Source: Strigamia acuminata (Eukaryota). Taken from it: a stretch of 64,000 bases of DNA. The stretch covers positions 19,158,001-19,222,000 of the forward strand of contig OX442314.1 in assembly GCA_949358305.1 (NCBI GenBank), read 5' to 3'. This document shows positions 38,000-46,665 of the stretch, one piece after another. Below the pieces are notes generated by a model, which ran no database searches, was not told the origin of the DNA, and saw only the letters and a list, made by a program, of their open reading frames with translations. A program made the position numbers and the translations under genes. Position 1 is the first letter of the stretch. Each line of letters begins with the position of its first letter.

Positions 38000-38017
38000 T
38001 GGGGGCCTGTCCGGGAT
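38000..38017 (+). promoter_or_regulatory. E3 primer-binding site, tRNA-Pro-like
   Basis: TGGGGGCCTGTCCGGGAT versus the canonical tRNA-Pro PBS TGGGGGCTCGTCCGGGAT (16/18). Confidence 0.85.
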
Positions 38018-38069
38018 CAAGTTGAATAACTGATTCTAACCTGTGATTACATCATACCCAAAGCAAGAA

Positions 38070-41000
38070 ATGGCAGATAATACCCGAGTAACAGATTCCG
38101 ACTCCGACGCAAACAAGAGAGCCGGCAGTCGTAAAGGCGCCGACTATCACTTGCGATCTGGAGGTCCCTTACCCAAAGCCTCAGCGCACGAAGCGAGGCA
38201 AAAACGGCGTAAGCCTAAACCCGATCGTAGAAGCGCATCAGAGGCATCGCACCCGTCTCGCGCCGAGACGAGGCAGCGATTGGACGAGACAGAGCGGGGT
38301 GAAGAGCAATCTCACTCCAAACTGCCGCGTTCTAACCGTGACGGCGAGACGAGCGGAAACGAGGTTTTATCCCGTAACCAATCGCCTCGTCTAACGCACG
38401 ACACCGAGGTGGGCAGTCCGAAAGCAGCGTCTCCGATACAAAAGACGGCCTCAAATACGACCGCTAATTCGGCACTAAACACGCCAGTTACGCACAGTCG
38501 ACCAGCCTCGGTAGTGTCTGAAGGGCACAAGTCCAACTCGTCCTCTGTCAAGCGTGTTTCAAGCCAGCCTTACAGCGTCTCGGGCACCTTGATTGATGCG
38601 ATGCAGTTGGCACAAGCGGAGGGAGTGAGATACACCCTTCCGACGGGGAAGATTACCGTGTACGAAACGTTACAAATCGTACGTGCAGCTTTAAAAGCGC
38701 ACAGTGTATCCCCACAAATCACCATTGTTGAAGGTGCACACGCTCAACAATTGGTTGATTCCGCTCAATTTGAAGCGGATGCAGAGAATGAGGCTCGACA
38801 AGCCATTCGCGAGAGACGGAGGAAGCTGGCGGAAAGAGAAGCGCAAGCTCTCGAGTACGGCAGAACCCAGCCCAATCCGACTACTCCCGAGGAGGTAGAA
38901 ATAGTTGACCGAGCCCTGAGAGCACATCGATATGCTTTCCACTCGCAACAAGAAGCAGAGCGAGCATTTATGGCCAGATTGCGACGAGATGACCCGAAAT
39001 CCGTTCGCAAACCAGAGGTCAGTTCATCCGAGCTGTCCGACGAGAGCCTAGAGGGAGACCCAAAGCGCACGCCGAAGGCCAAACCCAAACCCCAGCCGGA
39101 GAGGGCAACACCAGCTACTCCGCGCAAGAGAGATGCGTCGGCCAGAGAACAACAAACTCGGCCCCGCATGCAAGCTCTCGATTCAGCCACAAATAATGCG
39201 ATAACGCGGTTAATCAACGCTAATAATGCTAGGCGAAATGAAGAGCAAGCTCTCACAAGCCAACAGCAAGATAATCCGCAAGGGACTGAGTGGCAACAAC
39301 CAGTGCCCATCCTTAAAGACGACGAGTCGTCAAGGAGACAATCGCATGATCGCACCTCTTCGCGAGAAGAAGGCAAACGCGATGAAAGACCGAAATATTA
39401 TCACTACGGAAATAGTGATTCGTCGTCAGATGGACTGGAGTCAAATGCACCCAGTCATCACGATTCGGAGAGAGGTTCCGGAGAAAGACGAAGGGAAAGA
39501 GAACGCGATGAACGCAGGGAAAGGGAACGTGACGACCGTCGTAGGGGCCGGAAAGAGTCAAACTCTTCACGGCGCAACCCGCCACGCCGCTCACCGTCTC
39601 CCGACCCCAGCTCCGACCCCTCATCCAACGACGACAGACGAAAGGAGAAATCAAGTAATCGCCGGAAGAGATCCAACTCTCCGCGCGATAGAGAGAAACG
39701 ACGTCGATCGGAAAATAGCGACCACCGACGGGAGGAGTTTCAGGACCTTCCCCGACAAAGCGCGTTTACCGATTCGACGGGTCGGCAGTATACGATGGGA
39801 GAGCTTGGAAGAGCCCTACTCGGCTCGTTGAAGGCCGAGGGAATCGATCTGAGCAAACGAAACGATCGTAATCGTAGCACTGGCGACCGCGTAAAGAAAA
39901 AATACGCTGTCTCCCGACGTGACACCATGAGTGTTACCGGGAATATTAGGTGGCAATTTTATATTCAGAACCGTTTCGACGGGTCATGGAAAGCGGGAGA
40001 TCGCTTCCTTGACGAAGTAATTCGAATTAAGACTGCCACCAAAGCCACCGTAGGAGACATGCTCACCCACGGTATTGTCGAGCTAATGACAGGCTCGGCA
40101 CGTGAGTGGTACCAAGGATTGAAAGGCGTCAATTGGGACGACTTTTTAATGAGATTCGACCTACGCTACGGCGAGACACCCGAAGAGGTGAGCCGAAAGA
40201 TGCGAGGTCTTCGCCAGATGCCTGGTGAAACCATAATGGATTACGACATTCGCGCCAGATTGTTGTTCGAAAAGGCCCCGATGGAATTTCATGCCACGGG
40301 ATTCAACCTTTTCTTTCTCGGCGGTTTGTCGGAATACTCGCAACGGGTGCTACTTGAAGAAAGGGCACCGACAGGAGGCAGCTACGAGGAGATGAGCGCC
40401 TTCCTGTTTGAGAACACGATAGATATCGAGAAAAGATATTATTCCGCTTTACCAGAAGCGGAGAAAGCAGCAACCGCTAAACGTCTCAAGTTGAGTGCGG
40501 AAAGATATGGGGCGACAGATAAAATTATGCGCCCTACTGAATATCTTAGCGGTATAATGGAGCTGGCAGAAGCTAGCGTTGGTTTACAAATAAAAAATAA
40601 ACTGACATCCACGCTGCCTTCCAACCCTTTGGCCGCCCCTAAAAAGGCACCGACAGCGTCAGCCATGCAAGCGACACTGGAGGAGGTCAAGGAGGGGGAG
40701 GAAGCCGGACAAGATGCCGGAAAATCAGACAAAAAAGAAGAAAAAGACGATTATTCGACGGACGAAGAAATACGAAGCTATCGCGATACCTTATCAACGG
40801 GTTGCGATGAGGAAGGACCGCTAGTACATCTCATCCATCGAGATAGAGCGGTAGAAGAATTTCGCGCCAGGTTAAAACCAAATGCCGGCCGAATTCCGAA
40901 GTATTTTCGAAAAAATTACACGCCACCGTCGAAAGCAGACCCTGAAAAGAAAAAATCGACTGAAGCCCCAAGAGACAAATCAAATATTCGTTGTTTCAAG

Positions 41001-41153
41001 TGTAACCAACCGGGTCACTATTCCAATGAGTGCCCAAGAACAGCGAAAGAAGACGCTAAATTTGACGCAATAATGAAGCAGATGGCAGAGATTAAACTCG
41101 CCATGGCAAAAAACGAGTCAAAAAACGAGTCAGCGCAGGCGGCGAAGAAATAA
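38070..41153 (+). CDS. gag: E3 Gag (~1027 aa), long Arg/Ser/Glu-rich N-terminal half, CCHC knuckle
   Basis: RFDGS..FL capsid-like region; LRQMPGETIMDY; CFKCNQPGHYSNEC. Confidence 0.92.
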   Translation: MADNTRVTDSDSDANKRAGSRKGADYHLRSGGPLPKASAHEARQKRRKPKPDRRSASEASHPSRAETRQRLDETERGEEQSHSKLPRSNRDGETSGNEVLSRNQSPRLTHDTEVGSPKAASPIQKTASNTTANSALNTPVTHSRPASVVSEGHKSNSSSVKRVSSQPYSVSGTLIDAMQLAQAEGVRYTLPTGKITVYETLQIVRAALKAHSVSPQITIVEGAHAQQLVDSAQFEADAENEARQAIRERRRKLAEREAQALEYGRTQPNPTTPEEVEIVDRALRAHRYAFHSQQEAERAFMARLRRDDPKSVRKPEVSSSELSDESLEGDPKRTPKAKPKPQPERATPATPRKRDASAREQQTRPRMQALDSATNNAITRLINANNARRNEEQALTSQQQDNPQGTEWQQPVPILKDDESSRRQSHDRTSSREEGKRDERPKYYHYGNSDSSSDGLESNAPSHHDSERGSGERRRERERDERRERERDDRRRGRKESNSSRRNPPRRSPSPDPSSDPSSNDDRRKEKSSNRRKRSNSPRDREKRRRSENSDHRREEFQDLPRQSAFTDSTGRQYTMGELGRALLGSLKAEGIDLSKRNDRNRSTGDRVKKKYAVSRRDTMSVTGNIRWQFYIQNRFDGSWKAGDRFLDEVIRIKTATKATVGDMLTHGIVELMTGSAREWYQGLKGVNWDDFLMRFDLRYGETPEEVSRKMRGLRQMPGETIMDYDIRARLLFEKAPMEFHATGFNLFFLGGLSEYSQRVLLEERAPTGGSYEEMSAFLFENTIDIEKRYYSALPEAEKAATAKRLKLSAERYGATDKIMRPTEYLSGIMELAEASVGLQIKNKLTSTLPSNPLAAPKKAPTASAMQATLEEVKEGEEAGQDAGKSDKKEEKDDYSTDEEIRSYRDTLSTGCDEEGPLVHLIHRDRAVEEFRARLKPNAGRIPKYFRKNYTPPSKADPEKKKSTEAPRDKSNIRCFKCNQPGHYSNECPRTAKEDAKFDAIMKQMAEIKLAMAKNESKNESAQAAKK

Positions 41154-44100
41154 CTTCTCGACCGTCTGCGCCATTCATGAAGAAGAAGGGGTTTAACAAA
41201 GGGTTCGATAAGCCGCCACCAGTCAAAGAAATGGGTAGTGACATAGCTAACGCCCAAATTCAAGACAGGGCCAACAACGCTTTGCAGGTAATTACCGCAA
41301 ACGCTGAGGCTGAGGCGGAAGAACCGAACCTACTGCTTGAAGAATTACCTCAAGTAGTCGAAGACACAGAAGAATTTCGTGTTTTCATGTGCAACGTGGC
41401 GGTCGAATACACCAACCGCCTATGCATGTTGCCCATGACAATAGAACGTGAAAAAATTATGGGACTACTAGACTCGGGAGCAGATCGCTCGTTCGTTTCC
41501 GAAGACATAGTAGCATCATTGGGTCTCACCGATAAGATAAAAGGCGTTAATAAAAATATACGTCTAAAAACCGCCAACGGAATGGCGCGTCCAAAAGGAG
41601 TTATATTATTGACCATGGAGTGGCTCGGAGGGGTAGAACAGCACCCTTTCCTGGTCCTGCCCACATGCGACAGAATTTTTCTGTTGGGCTTAGACCTCAT
41701 GGCGTCAATGGAAATACAACCAAATCCAATAACGAAATCTTGGAATTATATCAGAAATGATAAGGAAAGACCCGCAATTGTCGTGCCACCAGCTCTTGTA
41801 AAAGAAGCGGCCGACAAGACACAGTGGGAGAAAGGCCTAAAGAAATTCGTTCAAGACTACGATTTTAAAGCATTCGTAACAGAATTGCAACGGGACAATG
41901 TAGTGGAAACACTTGTCGCCGACGCCGCTTTAGAATTAAACGAAGCGGCAGCCCTACGAAGGGTCCTACTTAAATATGAGGGGATCCTGTCGAAAAAACC
42001 GGGCCGAACGAATAGGGCTATTCACGAAATTAAATTGACGGATAATAAACCTATACGAGTTGCGTATAAGGGAATGAACCCGCAAAAACGTGAAATAGTG
42101 CAAAAAATGTGCCAAGAAATGCTAGACAGTGGCATTGTCTCCGAGGCCCAGGGAGAATACGCGACGCGGGTTGTGCTCGTGATGCGCCCGGGCTCGGACC
42201 CACGCCTATGCATTGATTACCGCCCATTAAACGCGGTGACAGAGATAGATCCCATACAGATGCCGTCTATCGAATCCATTTTGAGAGAGCTTAGCCCCTT
42301 TTCTTGGGTTACGACGATGGATCTGTCGAAGGGGTACTGGCAAGTTGAGATGAGGCCAGAGGATAAGATAAAAACAGCATTTTACTCGCCAATTGGACGG
42401 TTGATGTTCAACGTCATGCCATTTGGTTTAGTGAATGCTCCCAGTACCTTTCAGAGGCTAATCGAAAGCGTATTGGGTGATATCCTGCATCAGTTTGTAT
42501 GGGCATACCTAGATGACATAGTTATTGCCTCTAAAACATTCGAAGAGCACATTGAGCACATCGACCAAGTGCTCACCCGGCTGGCAAAAGCTGGGTTACA
42601 CGTGCATCCGGGCAAGAGCAAGTTCTGTCGAAAGGAGCTTGCCTTCCTGGGTTATCGCATTGGAGTCAATGGTTTAGCTATTGGCCCCGAAAAAATCGAT
42701 GCGATTAATCGTTTCCCACCACCCGAGGACGTTAAAGGTGTCCAACGGTTTATGGGAATGATAAACTTCTTCGGCAGGTTGCTACCGGGTCTAGCTGAAG
42801 TGGCAGCCCCAGTTACCGACCTCCTGAAGAATGAAAACGAATTTGTATGGTCAAATGAGTGCAACATCGCATTTAATGCAATAAAGAGGATGCTGACGGA
42901 AGTCGGCGTAATGCCTCTACCCGACTTAAACCGGCCGTTCATATTACACACGGACGCCAGCAGAGTTGGGTTAGGAGCGGCGTTGCTCCAAACACACGTG
43001 CGCGACGGAGTCGAACAAGACCTGCCGTGCATGTTTATAAGTCGCAAACTCCAAGGCGCTGAAAAGAATTACAATGCCACCGAGTTGGAGTGTTTGGCCG
43101 TTGTGTGGGCCATAAGGAAATTCAGAGATTATCTCGAATATACCAAATTTGTGGTCCACACAGATCATCAAGCGTTACAATGGCTGATGAAATTAAAAGA
43201 GCCAGCCGGTCGACTAGCCAGATGGCAGTTAGAACTGATGGCATGCGACTTGACCATTCAATACAAGCCCGGCAAATATAACGTCGTGGCTGACGCTCTG
43301 TCACGGGCACCAGTGTCAGATCCAATCGACGCTGACGATGATGGCGAGGATGACTCCCGCATCATTTATTGCCCTACGAGTTGTCACCGTTGGGATTTAA
43401 GGAAGATGAATGAAATTCCCACCGCGTCTCCGGCAGACGTAAAATTCTGTGGATTCTGGACGCGGTTATACCAACCAGCTGCTGACAATTACCCAAACGC
43501 AAAGAAGGAATTTAAGCTAGAGCGGAGAATAAATGACCCGCTTCTAAGCGCCTTCCACGCTCGTGTCGGCAAGCAAATGAAAAGCAATCCCCCAACAAGG
43601 GAGGAAATAATTGTGCAACAAAAATTAGACAAAAAATGTCAGGACAGAGCTAGATTCGTACTGACAGGAAGATATCCGCCCAACTTAACCAGAAGGCAGA
43701 AGCGTCGTTATGCACACGAATCCATAGATTACCTATTGGATGACGGCCTTTTAGTGAAACATCACCCAAATCACCAAGATGACTTGAGTGAATCGGACAC
43801 CGCAGTAAAGGTAGTAATACCTGCTTCCTTAATCGGTCGCGTGCTGTGGTTGTTACACGGGCACCCGCTTGCGAGCCATGCGGGAGTAAGCAGAACACTC
43901 TATCGTGCTACACAGCTTTTTCACTGGACAGGGATGAAAAAAGATATTGCTCTTTTTGTCCACCAATGTCAGCGATGTCAAGCGTGCAAGCCGAGGAGTA
44001 AATCACCATTCGAAACTATTTTCTTAGGGCCTTACGCGCCTTTTGATTGTTTAAGTGTCGATGTGATGGGCCCAAAACCCGTTACGGGAAATAAAAATGC

Positions 44101-45247
44101 GTACATTATCGTTATAATGGACGTGGCAACTCGTTGGCCCGAGTTGTACGCCGTCGCTAGACCTTCAGCAGAGAAAATCGTTGAATGTATCTACGACGTG
44201 GCGTTACGTTACGGATTTCCACGTAAAATAATATCCGATAACGGACCCCAATTTATCTCGAAAATTTGGGGTAAGTTTTGTGAGAAATTCGGGATTGTGG
44301 CGTCACATACTTCGACCTACAATCCCAGAACAAATCCCGTTGAGCGACTCAACAGGGACATTAAATATGCACTAAGCATATTCACTGACATCCACAATAG
44401 GTGGGATGAATACTTGAGGGAGATCGCGTTCAGCATACGAACAACAGTCTCGAGGACGAGAGATTTTTCTCCGGCCTACCTCAACTTCGCCCGAGAGCTA
44501 CGAGTGCCTTGGGACCCACGAGTGGCAGAGTCGGTAAATGTGGTGGACCCAGAGAAACCACATGAGTATGTGTATAAATTGGAGCAAACAATTTCGAACA
44601 CATACAAGCATATGATGGCGCACATTTTTAACATGCGCGACCGCATTTTACAAGATAAAAGCGGTGGAAAATTCGTGAATTTCGAGATCAATGATTTGGT
44701 GTGGAAAGATGCACACACCCTCTCAAATGCAGCGAGAGGAATCACCGCCAGCTTGGCCGACAAGAGAGATGGTCCATATGTGATCATCGGCAAGCATGGC
44801 GGTAACGCGTATAAATTACGTAAGCTCGAGGACAATACCGAGCATAAGTCGATACAAGTACGAGAGTTAACTCCGTACATTCCGGAATTCCCGCAAGAAA
44901 TGTGGGCCAAGGGCCAAGTCAAGTCTAAAACTGACGGCCAAATCGTCGATATGTTCGCTGGCGAGTCGGAAAAAGCACCGCCAAGTGACAACGAGGAGTA
45001 TTTCGACGCCCCTTCACCTCCGGTCAACGAGATCGTTGAATCCGTTCCGGATCCAATTTTGGTCGGGGGGGAAACAGGAGAAACTCCTGAAACAAACACA
45101 AAAAACACGGATAAAAAAGAAAACAATAATGAGGAGGTACAGACACAAAAAACAACAAAAAATATCGTACCTGCCTCGATCCGTAACCTGCGACCAAAAA
45201 GAGATAATCCGTTTATAAAAGGCGGAAAGGTCGTAGGAAAGAAGTAA
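41120..45247 (+). CDS. pol: E3 Pol (PR-RT-RNaseH-IN), -1 frame relative to gag
   Basis: LLDSGA, YLDD, HTDAS, HHCC, DDE and GPY motifs; frame open from the slippery site at 41120. Confidence 0.96.
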   Translation, partial: KKRVSAGGEEITSRPSAPFMKKKGFNKGFDKPPPVKEMGSDIANAQIQDRANNALQVITANAEAEAEEPNLLLEELPQVVEDTEEFRVFMCNVAVEYTNRLCMLPMTIEREKIMGLLDSGADRSFVSEDIVASLGLTDKIKGVNKNIRLKTANGMARPKGVILLTMEWLGGVEQHPFLVLPTCDRIFLLGLDLMASMEIQPNPITKSWNYIRNDKERPAIVVPPALVKEAADKTQWEKGLKKFVQDYDFKAFVTELQRDNVVETLVADAALELNEAAALRRVLLKYEGILSKKPGRTNRAIHEIKLTDNKPIRVAYKGMNPQKREIVQKMCQEMLDSGIVSEAQGEYATRVVLVMRPGSDPRLCIDYRPLNAVTEIDPIQMPSIESILRELSPFSWVTTMDLSKGYWQVEMRPEDKIKTAFYSPIGRLMFNVMPFGLVNAPSTFQRLIESVLGDILHQFVWAYLDDIVIASKTFEEHIEHIDQVLTRLAKAGLHVHPGKSKFCRKELAFLGYRIGVNGLAIGPEKIDAINRFPPPEDVKGVQRFMGMINFFGRLLPGLAEVAAPVTDLLKNENEFVWSNECNIAFNAIKRMLTEVGVMPLPDLNRPFILHTDASRVGLGAALLQTHVRDGVEQDLPCMFISRKLQGAEKNYNATELECLAVVWAIRKFRDYLEYTKFVVHTDHQALQWLMKLKEPAGRLARWQLELMACDLTIQYKPGKYNVVADALSRAPVSDPIDADDDGEDDSRIIYCPTSCHRWDLRKMNEIPTASPADVKFCGFWTRLYQPAADNYPNAKKEFKLERRINDPLLSAFHARVGKQMKSNPPTREEIIVQQKLDKKCQDRARFVLTGRYPPNLTRRQKRRYAHESIDYLLDDGLLVKHHPNHQDDLSESDTAVKVVIPASLIGRVLWLLHGHPLASHAGVSRTLYRATQLFHWTGMKKDIALFVHQCQRCQACKPRSKSPFETIFLGPYAPFDCLSVDVMGPKPVTGNKNAYIIVIMDVATRWPELYAVARPSAEKIVECIYDVALRYGFPRKIISDNGPQFISKIWGKFCEKFGIVASHTSTYNPRTNPVERLNRDIKYALSIFTDIHNRWDEYLREIAFSIRTTVSRTRDFSPAYLNFARELRVPWDPRVAESVNVVDPEKPHEYVYKLEQTISNTYKHMMAHIFNMRDRILQDKSGGKFVNFEINDLVWKDAHTLSNAARGITASLADKRDGPYVIIGKHGGNAYKLRKLEDNTEHKSIQVRELTPYIPEFPQEMWAKGQVKSKTDGQIVDMFAGESEKAPPSDNEEYFDAPSPPVNEIVESVPDPILVGGETGETPETNTKNTDKKENNNEEVQTQKTTKNIVPASIRNLRPKRDNPFIKGGKVVGKK

Positions 45248-46665
45248 AATAAATTACGAGTCGATGGCGGCACTAAAAATAAATTCTAATCGACCGATAG
45301 TGCAAGCCATCACGTTGCGAGACTCGAAGAAAATTCCGCTAAGTCCAACAAAGCGGATATCGGTCGAATTCACGTCACAAGATGGCGTGGAAGCGCGGGA
45401 CCCAAAGCAAAATTATCGGCACGGGTCGGATACCGCGTGCAAAAGACCCCGTAGCAGCAATCGCGCACGGGAGTGAAAACAAAGGAGACCCGTAGCGTAA
45501 CATGCGCACGGGTAGGTGCGCACTAGTCTCAAACACCCGGGTTCTGGAGTATATTACCCAGAATCCATCGCGATTACCTCGTGTTCACACGAACTTCCGC
45601 TTTTCACAGCTGATCGCTGCATTCGTGCGTGATCCTCGTTTTTAACGTTTTTATCGAGTTTTTTGAGATAGTTTTATCATCCTTTTTTCAATCGTGATTG
45701 AGCTTTTTGTGCGCGCTCCTCGCCATGGACGAGGAAGAGAACGACGTGCTGGCCATAGAGCACGAGGACGAGGAAAACTGGGACCGCGATGTAAACCAAG
45801 TCCATCCCGATCAGGTAGAAGTCGGCATCGGCACATGAGAACTAGTTCCGTGCTGCTGAAGAAGAAATTTTGTTGACTAATACCTGACATGAGTGCTTTG
45901 CACTCACAATAGCGTATAATTAATTATTAACCGCGATCGCTCACACGATCGTATTTTTTCCTTGTTAATTTGTTTTCGGGGTGCGAGCGCAGACTTCACG
46001 TCGCCTCGCGTCTCGAAAATTCCTCATGACTTGAGTCACGAGCGAGACAATGGGCTCGAGCCATAAATAATTTTATGACAAGGGGAGAATATTCTGTAAA
46101 AGAATAATTTTCTCCACAAGTAATTTGACGCATCGAATTGATGCAACTTAACATTCGTACGATGAATTTTTCGGTGTGTTGGATAAATTTAATTTGACTT
46201 TAACTTTTTTAAAAAAAAAAATTAGACAAAGTCCGACTTCGGAATAATTCTTTATTAGATTTATTTATTTAATAAAATTTCGACAAGCACATTTATTGTG
46301 CAATTTTAGTAATAATTTACACCCGACGAATTCTCTTTACGAATGACGGATAATTATTAATTTAATTATTAGTAATGTTCTAATTAACGTTAGAATTAAT
46401 GTGAAGTAAAATCTGATGATAAAAATCCGGATTAAAGGCTCGATTCCGTCTCGCTGTGCGTTTTGGACATGAGACAGATTTTTTACGTGATGACTTCTTT
46501 TTTTTCTATCCGACGAGGGACAATTCGTCCTACGTTTGCACCGATAGACAGGAATCGGTCTCGACGGACGGCTGCACGTATCGGCAACGTCCCTCGAAAC
46601 CAACCATTTATCTACGTATTTAAATATTAACTTTTTATTAATTGTTTATTTCTCCATCCTTCCAG

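Noticed and set aside
44476..45273. 265-aa antisense ORF and other ORFs overlapping gag, pol and ORF3
   Set aside because: Shadow frames of real coding sequence; no motifs or independent support
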